Shown here piece by piece: positions 29,101 through 36,666 of a stretch of 64,000 nucleotides of DNA (position 1 is the first letter of the stretch; each line of letters starts with the position of its first letter). The position numbers and the translations under genes are program-made. Under the pieces are notes generated by a model. The model was not told where the DNA came from and did not search any database. It saw only the letters and a list, made by a program, of their open reading frames with translations. The DNA comes from a virus (Duplodnaviria; Caudoviricetes): the IMG/VR virus record IMGVR_UViG_3300044675_002599, positions 359 to 64,358 of that record; one strand, given 5' to 3'.

Positions 29101-32100
29101 GATGATATTAACTTGCAAGTCTTTAGCAATATATCCAGCCGCTTTTCTTGCAAACTCAATTGATGCTTCTGGGTTAAGTGAATTGAGTCTAACAGTAGCA
29201 CGTTGATCTGCAGTAGATGCCTGATAGTAAAAGAACTCTAGTCCAAGAGCGTGAAGTTCTTCAAGGGCCTTCTCACCAAATGCATTGACATATTCCTTTG
29301 CATCCTTCTTTGCTTTGTTGTAACTAGTTTCATTTTTCCAAAAGTCAACTAATGAATCTGGAAGATTACTATCCTTAACCGCGACACGAATTGCTTCATC
29401 ACGTGCAGAGTAAATAGCTCTGCCTAAACTAACTTGGGCCTCAACTTTTAAACCAGCAATAGAATCAATATGCCATTGTGTAGACATATGGTAAAAGGCT
29501 TGTCCTGAAATAGAACGCATAAGCTTAGATAGACTAATTACCTTTGCCATATTTAAGTCGGCAAGTTCGCCTTCATTAAGTCGCAGTGCTTTGGCTGCAG
29601 CTCTATATAAAGCAGCATCTGTCTTAGATTGAGAAGGTCTTCCAAGAAGCAAATTAATTTGATGTGCCATCTGAAATACACGTGGCCTAGCAGTACGGCT
29701 GTATGCATTTGGGACACGAGCATTAGCAGAAGCAAAAGCGTCCGACATAATCCCAAGCGAATCTAAATGTTGATGTATTTGATTAAGCGTTACTTCAAAC
29801 CCATCACCTGCGAACATCTTTGCTACGCGAGTAATTGCACCGTAGTTCACATCACTATTAGGCCGTGTGACATTATCAAGCGCATTGTAAATAGCGCCCA
29901 TTGTGTCGATGATGCCGTGTTGTAATGAGAAAGAAACTAGAGCTTCTTGTATTTGAGTAATTGGGGCAGTGCCATTAAGAAGGACATCAAGCAAGACGTC
30001 GTTAATATCATCAGGTGTTGCAGCTTTAATTCTTTCCCATGCTTTTTGTGTGTCGCGCCATCTTGTATATGCTGCTGCATTTTCTTCATCCGTAAGTGTT
30101 CTAACTAATGGTCGTAATTCAGGTGTGCCTTCACTTGGTGTAAAGCCAGTAGCTCTTTGATCTAATTTGTAATCATCACGAGCAGCATTTAAAACCACAT
30201 CGTTTGCACTAAGAGTGTATGAAGCACCTTCTGGATCATCGAGAGACTTAACAGTAACCATTCCGTCACGTGCATCCACGACCAATGCTTCTTTTTCAGG
30301 ATTAATATTGTCGCCAATGCGAGCGTAAACCATATCACCAACACGGGCCTTGGTGTCATAGACTAACTCACCGTTAGCAACTCGACCAATAAATCCAGTC
30401 TCGGCTGACGTGTCTGCAAGGTAGTCACTAACAACTTGTGCAATAGCCAATTCTTTTGCATCATCGCTCATTTCAGAACGAGATATTTCTCCAAGTTTGG
30501 TTATCTGCTCTGCGTTTAAAACAACCTTTGTTGTTGTGCCTAAGTGGTCCATAGGCATTTCAATAGACTTGCTGTCTCCATTTACAATAGCATCAACCTG
30601 TTCAACCATAGATAGCTTAGATGCGTATGCTCCAGATAATAAATCCTGTTCAGAAATAGGTTCGTATACGGTTTGGTCTGCGCCTCTAGAAATACCTTGT
30701 GTAATCACAGAGCCATCTGGAAGTTGATAAATGCCAGTTGGGTTTAATAGATTCTCAATACTAATTAATCGACCAACAGTTTTGATCTGCTCTCCAGTTG
30801 TTTGATCCTTGCCAAGATTAATTTCGGTTGGAAATGTATCCTTGTCTCCGGATATTGGATAACTTCGATCAGTAAGTTCTGTATCAGGGCTAATCCCAAG
30901 TTGCTCAATAGACTGTCTGACTGAATCTTTTATATCGTTATTGCCACGAGGCATATCAGCAACTAGCTCTTTGTAAGACATTGTCCGCACAATATCTTCT
31001 CCATTAACCCTAGTCTTAACTGTTACTCCACCCCGGTTAGTTACACCGGTGACAACGGATATACCCATTGGTGATCTATATGACATCGCCCCTTGTGATA
31101 AATCAAGTTCATCTTTAACAAACTTTATAAGATTGTCGGTGCGGCCAATGCCCCGTAATCTAGAAACATCTTTTGCATCAATAATTTGCACGTCTGCAAA
31201 ATCAGAAAGTTCTGTTTTGATTACATCTGTAAATGTCTTGTTGTAAACCAAATACTCTTGCTTGCCGCCTTCACCTGCGTTTAACTTAACGCCGTAAAAG
31301 TTTTTAGACTGTACTGCATTGCTTTCAAGGTCAGTCGGCTCAGTTGCATCGCGAGCTTCTGGAATATCTGCACCCATAGAAACACGCATTTGTGGTTCTA
31401 TCTCTTTAGCCAGAGCAGCAATTTGCCGCTTCTTCCCAACCGCAGTAGTAGGATAAAGTGACTCATTGATTGGCAGCATCATCAACTTGCTTGTTGGTTC
31501 TACTGGAGTTGCATCGCCTTTTGCTCGCACCAATTGCAATGCAGCATCGACAGTTTCTTGATTGGCATTTCGGCCAGACATCATTTCAGCAAAAATAGCA
31601 GATGGGCTATTCCATGCAGTGCCCGGTGTTTGTCTGTCAGCCACAAATTGTTCTGCAGCTAACTTACGCAAATAACTGACAACACGCTTCAAATCATCAG
31701 TGTTTCCATCTTGTCCACCAAAAGATGACTTAAACCTATCATTTGCTAACTTGATAAATGTGTCGCCATTCTCAACAATATTACGCGCTTCTAATTGAGA
31801 ATAAGCTTTTGCGTTACTACCTGCGTAAATATCTTTGCCGCGAAACTCGGATCTAAATAAGTTACTCAACTTACCAGACGGACGCATTGCACCAAACGCC
31901 ATGGCTAGCGACCGGATGTAATCACCTTCAGATGGTGCTTGAACATCCTTGTTAAACTTAGATGAGATGGCTTGCGCGACAGGTTGTATTAAGTTCGTAA
32001 CGCCAAATGTAAGATCCGGTATAACCTCATTAGACAGTTGCATGTATTCAGCAGCAGTCTTACTTCCAAGATCACGTAATGGACTAGTACCACCAGCCTT

Positions 32101-33501
32101 GACAGTCTTATTAGCTTCTTTAACCATCTTGTATAGTTGTCTGGCGTCTTTATACACACGTCCTGTTTGACCACTAAACAATGCTAGGCTCATGCCGGTT
32201 TGACTCCATGCTAATGATGGATCATTTGCCATAATGGCAGCTCTAGCCGCTTTTTCTTCTTCAGGCTGTAACGACTCTAGGTATGTATTAATTGGATCGC
32301 CAGCAATGCCGAGTGCTCGTCCTGCTGTTGTATTAGGTCCAGCAATAGTGCTTGCCGCACCAAGGGCTGTAGGCGTCAACATACCGGCAGTACGCGCAAC
32401 GTTTAATGCTCCTGCGGTTCTTGCAAAGGGAGTGGCTAATTTCATAGCCAGCTGCCCATAGGCTTGCATTACAGGAATAGATCCAGCTAATGATACTGAT
32501 TGAGCAGCCATCTGCTCACCATAGTGACGTCCTACTTGATAAGTTTTATCATTAACGTCACCAAACTTTTTCATGTAGGCTTCTTCGTAGTCTTGGTCTT
32601 TGACTCCGAACATTCTGTTGCCAATTTGTGGTGCAAGCATTGTAAATTGCTGTGCGCCTTGTTCTGCTCCAGCACCTAAACCAAGTAAGTAATTTGGCTC
32701 AGATTCCGCACTTATGTCTTCCCATGGTTTGTATTCACCGCGAGCACGTTTTTCCTCTATTTTAGCAATGCGTTGTTGTTCTTTTGCGTAAGCGTCAGCC
32801 ATTGGTGAGTACTCTTCTTCTTCACCTGCACCGACACCACGACTATCACGTAACCTAAACGAGGATGCTAATCCACTAAGGGTTCCTGCAGTAGCAGCAA
32901 ATGTACCGCCAATTGTATTGAGAGCAGTATCATCACCACGTGCTCGTTGCTTTGCTATACCACCTGCTAAATTTGTTTTCTCATCGGCAGATTCAGCCTC
33001 AATGTCAGAGACGGAAGCGTCATTTCTAAATTGACCTCCCATCATTAACTTACTCGCAGGTACTTTCTGCTCAGTACCGGGGTCAGTAACTTCTATGTTT
33101 GAAAGGTTTTGCGTAAGAGATTTATACTTAGATGTTAGTTCATCGTATTCTGACGGCTTAATAAAACCTGACCGATAAGCATAGTTGATGTTGTTTAAAG
33201 TTTCTTTGCCTACGACTTCAGGGTTGTTTTCGTTTAACTTCTTTTTAAGTGGCTCGACAAATTCACTGCGTACTCTACGCGCCTTTGCGTTTTCTTCTGC
33301 AATTTGATTGTCGATGTCTTTAACGGCAACAGTGTAACTTGGTCCAGACAAAGACCTAGACCGCATTGCGTCGGTAAGTTTCTTTCTCTTACGTAATAAC
33401 TCATCACGTTTTGACCCAACCGCTTTGCTTGCGGGTTGCTCAACTTTAACGTTTTCGTATCTATTAGTACGTGGGTTATAACGTAAGATTGATCCTTGCA
33501 T
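20182..33501 (-). CDS. Giant (4439 aa) putative internal virion / ejection polyvalent protein with a zincin-like HExxH
   Basis: Uninterrupted 13.3-kb ORF at the end of the podovirus tail module. TLAHEVSH at 26029-26043. Confidence 0.75.
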   Translation of the reverse strand: MQGSILRYNPRTNRYENVKVEQPASKAVGSKRDELLRKRKKLTDAMRSRSLSGPSYTVAVKDIDNQIAEENAKARRVRSEFVEPLKKKLNENNPEVVGKETLNNINYAYRSGFIKPSEYDELTSKYKSLTQNLSNIEVTDPGTEQKVPASKLMMGGQFRNDASVSDIEAESADEKTNLAGGIAKQRARGDDTALNTIGGTFAATAGTLSGLASSFRLRDSRGVGAGEEEEYSPMADAYAKEQQRIAKIEEKRARGEYKPWEDISAESEPNYLLGLGAGAEQGAQQFTMLAPQIGNRMFGVKDQDYEEAYMKKFGDVNDKTYQVGRHYGEQMAAQSVSLAGSIPVMQAYGQLAMKLATPFARTAGALNVARTAGMLTPTALGAASTIAGPNTTAGRALGIAGDPINTYLESLQPEEEKAARAAIMANDPSLAWSQTGMSLALFSGQTGRVYKDARQLYKMVKEANKTVKAGGTSPLRDLGSKTAAEYMQLSNEVIPDLTFGVTNLIQPVAQAISSKFNKDVQAPSEGDYIRSLAMAFGAMRPSGKLSNLFRSEFRGKDIYAGSNAKAYSQLEARNIVENGDTFIKLANDRFKSSFGGQDGNTDDLKRVVSYLRKLAAEQFVADRQTPGTAWNSPSAIFAEMMSGRNANQETVDAALQLVRAKGDATPVEPTSKLMMLPINESLYPTTAVGKKRQIAALAKEIEPQMRVSMGADIPEARDATEPTDLESNAVQSKNFYGVKLNAGEGGKQEYLVYNKTFTDVIKTELSDFADVQIIDAKDVSRLRGIGRTDNLIKFVKDELDLSQGAMSYRSPMGISVVTGVTNRGGVTVKTRVNGEDIVRTMSYKELVADMPRGNNDIKDSVRQSIEQLGISPDTELTDRSYPISGDKDTFPTEINLGKDQTTGEQIKTVGRLISIENLLNPTGIYQLPDGSVITQGISRGADQTVYEPISEQDLLSGAYASKLSMVEQVDAIVNGDSKSIEMPMDHLGTTTKVVLNAEQITKLGEISRSEMSDDAKELAIAQVVSDYLADTSAETGFIGRVANGELVYDTKARVGDMVYARIGDNINPEKEALVVDARDGMVTVKSLDDPEGASYTLSANDVVLNAARDDYKLDQRATGFTPSEGTPELRPLVRTLTDEENAAAYTRWRDTQKAWERIKAATPDDINDVLLDVLLNGTAPITQIQEALVSFSLQHGIIDTMGAIYNALDNVTRPNSDVNYGAITRVAKMFAGDGFEVTLNQIHQHLDSLGIMSDAFASANARVPNAYSRTARPRVFQMAHQINLLLGRPSQSKTDAALYRAAAKALRLNEGELADLNMAKVISLSKLMRSISGQAFYHMSTQWHIDSIAGLKVEAQVSLGRAIYSARDEAIRVAVKDSNLPDSLVDFWKNETSYNKAKKDAKEYVNAFGEKALEELHALGLEFFYYQASTADQRATVRLNSLNPEASIEFARKAAGYIAKDLQVNIIRTETNAKLKDGTFMSYGEDGTPDGTNTLAFLNMISSSEANRQMVIQTINSSDVDAETKGKYIDSIKDLLQQVDELNPAQKINYEATTDATGKTTSITETTGETKSIEKEIDDHVTTRSMQLLADAMGIPADELMAGMRNTNVEAIHQAIKQVTKDVAGQKTAFLEYLSSRPDMVAAKLAYAQAKAMDKDAIGKDEQLKSAGAEISRIRSEVFNDFANQRMGLVKTLEKINDALNDLTPDDGTTTDIGELALVKKFINRLEVLINSAVNSYGEAKSFYTESGKLARETVKGRTVASVPTQGLGLIDDSGTTLNTNEFTRRTVRLQDTLADTEEHIENIDEQIAKARQENNLALVSKLEDIKALFESGAFESEALDEAQEESGLLGVFSKDVNALLREASAFDLGGMFKSIYDVDEQVFNYLQNILSTGVTDLYRTNSEFKTQWKSISVQMATTAATMEGSNAAARARVAETAEFLTEPVNVDASGRITLQGLSADSKELRPDVASQLGGIEADNSESPIRNIDVTDEDVVQIKPVEIEEDLKAFVSDAPLLIQDAFNMDESTNLQSENNLGSGTVLVKTFVGHNRAGVQEIFEGILRNSFSGRGSEYIETLGGTEVGSHRSEIKSAINGLDVLNMMKMDADPSKIDVTDAVKGTILNNWIPKIVQYLPATMPRQERVAVSRKFLNDMFRSSEIRNVADVINYFVTEGSRINFKPSDAVNLLIPRAGHTDIDLTKPSENHAYRIGIAHAVLGDKSRSDSVEFKSAVDNRPALMTTTGSVASRYGSSSLYVVPVDMNAVDVKVAAFMRDSYSNIDKSGLREEDIRVLNKIEALYAERASGSIQGDSQKAIRLQKDVDAARSLAAGLADMYDMFAYGHATRTINRELTYASEGTVASYADIISRVTGSDTIVNEFRSMAKRMSVGEALNKLKSDGVLTDKQVRFTMVYQTARHKKDFYQNIAQTHFTDWAWLKTAGTKIGDVTPDGQTLYGYMTKIRRDEALMNLVAIGKGSSNGYRSAFTLAHEVSHVLIDSLDPVLQTKFMETLFPDNMSGTIIDPLNKSVFTLDDNPYAVMRAQIQAVKKAVENNTFTTLQDAWKTDPRLINYSDRWHTAGHEMGVTGILNFALRNDFVISDNDAASIDYDMMSVMEQVSGPLNAFARQIMKSNPTDFVSINGAPRTVWISDLPVISYTTTTPAPKVGSKKAYNKERTTRPFISMRRNDFIRFSVTPQMARQVGGLYFGPDSLAGGMVDPAFNSTANPAHMGYGYPVEYTSGTYKRDTFLPVDDAQGAAILADISSGKLEGFIAPQASASSASRDPGTNAATNTFNGQVVGMIVKTRFENLADVEAAGFVAAFRTQDPVNRNKYYWWVKSSIEGDNWFTPRAYQTAGSETADQRGANYQTAVTEDYAYVAESPMVIHYKEPTSDGFTWKQRKVNGKFVLGQTALANQSMQAKMMGNTGGYDAKFSNLIYNMNRKFSLAQYNLRGNLRFRDQQALEQQLSLGVSNKYARNYSLDPQLDLATRLGAYMGSEQQRVVNASGIDYGARISAGSRVFKNTMWNIMKQNNDYFTDIGYLTEDGEAFIGRINDALVDVSGFISNAGLYRHNENALNSVRRLSSDAPVVLVGKDSREARALRAFHQTLIETSPDAGNEGASLLYAKQVFKRIYDVMNNFDPTGENKGMSLESISDILATDSITQDAASYFDIDVDGESINILSPLSTMFSSGLLHINDGNVADVGGERLIDQSNEFDQVYNDTILNINRGLDITSNNRLDQGATSVAAGHVMNLLFKHVYSKPSQQKDFLQRLQSEDLNVRARAFTEVQAVALLSDLQSREVGRALYNWQNFKLIGDSFSQKNNVIIQNESGASFRVSLNDNSVVSVSRDPFTGTWVDRDYLADRMPLYSTEARDTPRKKANGEVVQDITQDQMLSILSGSERSELSTNKSIVIARPMSITDLIANNELADQTSGLRFYQVAAVRRTQSMGDTKFGEKMGITTESGISFTATELSNPYKSVNEDGSNNQDIASQNPRLLIDTVFKNDILDSKQRDSVGNKKLVPMQVHIAKLLTSQEIMRGIEDASDLQDWMEKSKSLTTIREAFFEAENGSVYKEVNTAVVKSNENSTWMSAGNDSIDVEEIMPDNYKKAMYPGFDIPEHLADDPIAVRAYNELQVTRFLREVGTVPSEPKNLVIHNDDSLSGTVSSVQVKGDTLYVSIPSRIYEETSAALFSSSISPSPSGPTPTSSVTKLAPGQMTKTPWFKTKRGKAVSSALSSVWVELTSIAKAMVLNYDFGRTFIQNYALTSMNPKNALMQFYGIAAMAPNLPFGSTATTGKGFAGKLIGAIAGHRKLGAFGDKAYHNVVQGLFSRYGTPGNNIRLGILPFGPKTEVFGFGNPGSGRAYTIDDLTQTGLVTDYGEWYSQATELAMLNGTDIYDYAIQNTTSETFGSGVLTKLLPLANPIERGNSLSTDILRIKTWLEYAAKVDSNILLSPYKKMKMKQDMSTHINAMTGAPSGSDPALKPVVKGILDFGRTAMSAPQWHKSQAMQSLLPAFISMGLKATANKLIMGVNKYSDPLGIGDGWVDNQAEKRFFSMGPDAWVQTAKVVGSMAMQTTLLGLISNMMSQYIDNRRFLNKADSPTDWYDFATIFGWNHSKFANVKPAPGVWTGMIPFTKEYGGVRLFNSIAYDLPQSSTFFNRSLVAPFQRTANASNTQDALKIYFDEVAKALFWSRLTSLVSTVKTAATGKTYLKSAAMQQSKGYDVLREGRIKVPFGPTTLMDAAYRTTLGEHASELALTMTNVQYQSLLNDIALYDADTKGKGDTELSDAMKWSLYLKILGVNSRYSNFAVKDIIKNKRIDGLFYGIKEQQQYPNAADVVNRFGVKSLLQGIPDSAPDNPISVMYGYPSRTTAAMSKIDKKAYAESVAKNIQKKVPMPPLLGESEEDAGEETRRQADELLEKMEERALRRRSRGGGSYE

Positions 33502-33511
33502 ATAAATCTAC

Positions 33512-35458
33512 CTATTCTACTTTCACTGCTATAGAGTCAAGCACCTTTTTTAACGTTTCAGGTGCTTTTTGATAGAATCCAGAAGCCTTCAATTTTTTGC
33601 CTGCAGATATTGTAATTTCATTCATGCCTTTTTGCATGGCTTGGAATGACGCCACGGTTCCTTTTAATTTAAAGTTATCTTTTTCAGCACGTGCTTTATC
33701 GACAGCTCCTGCGTAAACTCGAAATCCACGCGCTAAATCTGTAGTAGTTATACCACTAGGTAGTTTCCCATCTATGATTCCAACTCCTTGTAAAATAGCT
33801 GCTTCTGTATCAGGAGTTGCAGTTTCTAATTTACTTGCCCATGTTTCATATTGCGCTTGACGTTTCATTGCAGATGCTCTTGCAATAGTAATGGAATCCG
33901 TAGCCACTTTAAGGACTTCATTATCTGCTTCACTATTAGTCACAACTGATCTAGCAGCTCTATCTAATTCGCCTTGCTTTTTGTCAAATTCACGTTTAAT
34001 ATCAGCGCGAACACCTTCCATAAGTGCTTCAGCACCTTTTAAAGAATCACTTGCTGTAGTTGCTGCACGTTTACGACTATCTTCAGATGCGTTAAATAAA
34101 TCTGGTGCACGATTATAAATAGACTTTATGACATTAGATGCTGTTGTAGTGTCATCAAGTAATGTTGCTAAGCGATTTGCACCAGATTGATCAAATAACT
34201 GTATGCTTGGCTCATCTAATCCAAGTGCAATCTGTGCCTCATACGGAGACACTTTATTTGTTGTAGCAAAGTCTTTAATAGCGTTAATGATCATTGGCAA
34301 CGCAAGACGTGTAGCCTTTATTGGATTAAATTGTATTTTGGCAGGTATTAATTCTCCCACCTTCGTAACTGTTCCATCTGGACGGGTATACGCACCACCC
34401 TGTGGATCATATTTAGCTGGCGTGTAATCATATGCTCCAATTTCATAATCATTAACGCCTCTGTCTTTCATTAACGTCCGTAATGCTTTTCGATCTTCGG
34501 CAGTCAATGATGTGTCTTTTGCAATACTATAAGGTTTACCAGCCAAGATGTCCGCAGTACTTACTGATTGAATTTTTACAGGTTCCTGCTTGGGTTGTGT
34601 ATTTACATCAATAACTGGTGGTGTATTTGGTGGTGGTGGTGGAGGTGTTGCCTGTTGAGTAGTAGTATTACCACCCATTCCACTTACGCCCATCCCATTG
34701 ACAGGAGCGACACCCATACCCTGAGTCACTCCAGTAGTAGGAGCAGTGCCCATGCCGGTATTCATGCCAGCAGTAGGAGCAGGTGATGCACCCTGAGTTG
34801 GAGGTGCAGCTTGCATATCCATCCAGTTATAAATGTCAGCATTATCCATGCCTACATTTTGGCCTTGGCCAACAGGTGCGCCTTGTTGCTGTCCAGTAGA
34901 CTTTAAACCACCTAAAGCCATTAAGTCCGGGGCTTCCCACTTTGAATCACTAAAGATGTCTCCAAGATTCAACGATTGAGCATGTTCACCAAATAGTTTT
35001 TTTGCTTCTGCGTTGCTTCTCGTAATGTCCTCAATCTGTCCTCTAATTATTGCTTCTGCTCCGGGCGACAAATTACGGTCAGTCAGTTTAGCAATCAATG
35101 GTTTAAGTTGTTCTTTTTGCTTGCCCTCAAAATCCATCCATTGAGTTTTTAATTGAAGTCTTTCTTTTGGTAATTTAGCCTTTAAATCAAAAAGACTTTG
35201 CGCACGAGTAAGATCCCTGATCGGAGCGTTAGCATTAAACTCCTGAAGCTCCCGATTGTACTGATCAATACCACGTTGGTCAGCATCAACACTACGCTTA
35301 TATGTTGCATCCGCACGTCTACCTTCAGACATACGTTGCTCTGATTGCAGTTTCTCTTGACTAAATTGTTGTTGCTGTTGTTGACGCTGACCCTTGCCTT
35401 GTTGAAGAGTATCAAGAAAAGACAATAGTCCTGTTACACCACCGGAGTTGATTTTCAT
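33512..35458 (-). CDS. Putative internal virion / ejection protein (648 aa)
   Basis: Q-rich coiled N-terminus, G/M/P low-complexity linker, position before the giant gene. Confidence 0.6.
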   Translation of the reverse strand: MKINSGGVTGLLSFLDTLQQGKGQRQQQQQQFSQEKLQSEQRMSEGRRADATYKRSVDADQRGIDQYNRELQEFNANAPIRDLTRAQSLFDLKAKLPKERLQLKTQWMDFEGKQKEQLKPLIAKLTDRNLSPGAEAIIRGQIEDITRSNAEAKKLFGEHAQSLNLGDIFSDSKWEAPDLMALGGLKSTGQQQGAPVGQGQNVGMDNADIYNWMDMQAAPPTQGASPAPTAGMNTGMGTAPTTGVTQGMGVAPVNGMGVSGMGGNTTTQQATPPPPPPNTPPVIDVNTQPKQEPVKIQSVSTADILAGKPYSIAKDTSLTAEDRKALRTLMKDRGVNDYEIGAYDYTPAKYDPQGGAYTRPDGTVTKVGELIPAKIQFNPIKATRLALPMIINAIKDFATTNKVSPYEAQIALGLDEPSIQLFDQSGANRLATLLDDTTTASNVIKSIYNRAPDLFNASEDSRKRAATTASDSLKGAEALMEGVRADIKREFDKKQGELDRAARSVVTNSEADNEVLKVATDSITIARASAMKRQAQYETWASKLETATPDTEAAILQGVGIIDGKLPSGITTTDLARGFRVYAGAVDKARAEKDNFKLKGTVASFQAMQKGMNEITISAGKKLKASGFYQKAPETLKKVLDSIAVKVE

Positions 35459-35460
35459 TG

Positions 35461-36210
35461 TTACGCTCTTCTTCTGTAGTAATCTGCTTCAGCTTGACGT
35501 ACAGCATTTTGCGACTTAAAGTCTCTATCGGCATTCATTTGGTTCAAGTATTGGCCACCAAGATTACCAAACATGCCAGAGATTTGGTCTCTCTTGTTCT
35601 GTAATGCTGCGTCTCTTTCCATAGCCGCTTGACCTTCTGCTTGATATTGACCAGTAAGATTATTAATACCTGATGTTGTATCACCAAAGAATCCACGCGC
35701 AGCATTAGATGCCGACTGATAACCTTGATCGGCTAAACCAAGTGCTCTATTTCTACGATCATCGGCTCCCATAGCATATTGCACTGCACCTTGAGACATA
35801 GCCTGACTAATAGGGTTATTGTAGAAGTTGTCTTGCATCATATTGCCAGTAATTCCGCCACCCATATTAAGTGCGTTACCTTGAGCATTGTAGCGACCCT
35901 GAGCTTGTGCGGCGTTTGCAGTAATGTTACCCATCTGGGCACCAGCGCTTCTAAGCATATTGTTAGTTGCGTCAGGATTCATAGCCCCTTCAATTGCATT
36001 CTGTCTAAGTCGTTCAGTTTGATCTTGTGCTTTATTGGCTAACTTGTTATTTTTAAAATAGTTTTCTTGAGCCATGTTAGTAAGCTGTTGATTAGCGCCA
36101 CGCTGCCTGCTAATATCTGCTTGATATGGATTACGCACTTTTCCAAATGCGCCACCCGCCATGTTTCCTAAAAACTGTGATGCTAGACCAATGCCTAATT
36201 GTGGTGGCAT
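35461..36210 (-). CDS. Putative small ejection (pilot) protein
   Basis: G/A/N/Q-rich with amphipathic GLASQFLGNMAGG N-terminus. First of three size-ascending genes after the nozzle. Confidence 0.6.
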   Translation of the reverse strand: MPPQLGIGLASQFLGNMAGGAFGKVRNPYQADISRQRGANQQLTNMAQENYFKNNKLANKAQDQTERLRQNAIEGAMNPDATNNMLRSAGAQMGNITANAAQAQGRYNAQGNALNMGGGITGNMMQDNFYNNPISQAMSQGAVQYAMGADDRRNRALGLADQGYQSASNAARGFFGDTTSGINNLTGQYQAEGQAAMERDAALQNKRDQISGMFGNLGGQYLNQMNADRDFKSQNAVRQAEADYYRRRA

Positions 36211-36222
36211 AATGCGTTCCTC

Positions 36223-36666
36223 CTACTGTAGTACAAACCAAATACCAGTTCCTGTAGTTGATGTCTGTGCGACAACTGTGATTGTCTCATACTGTGCTAC
36301 TGGCCATGCTTTAGCTGCTGGCTTAACAACAACATCTCCTGACAATGCGGCAAGTGAAACTTGATTTGCAGTACTGTCAATCTTTATTATATGGATAAAT
36401 TGTCCCTTAGCATAGTATGCCGATGGCAAAGTAATAACTACAGCTGCGGTAGCTGCATCTGTTTGAATAATTAATTGACCAGTATCAGCCTGTCCAGATG
36501 CAGTCATAGTCATTGGGGTAAAGTTCGCAGGTGTATATGGCTGTGAAAAATTACCAGCTGTCTGTATATTTTGAGTTACAACTTTACTCTTACCGGGTCC
36601 AATGGATCTGTTATTTGCCGATGATGACAGGCTATCAGGTGTGATTACAGGACCTATTATTGGCAT
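36223..36666 (-). CDS. Virion structural protein
   Basis: AVVITLPSA...IIKIDSTANQVSL...W pattern common in phage tail/fibre domains. Confidence 0.55.
   Translation of the reverse strand: MPIIGPVITPDSLSSSANNRSIGPGKSKVVTQNIQTAGNFSQPYTPANFTPMTMTASGQADTGQLIIQTDAATAAVVITLPSAYYAKGQFIHIIKIDSTANQVSLAALSGDVVVKPAAKAWPVAQYETITVVAQTSTTGTGIWFVLQ

Noticed and set aside
34600-34800. GMG-APT-type repeats and poly-Pro in the 648-aa protein
   Set aside because: Ordinary low-complexity linker with no exact DNA repeat unit.
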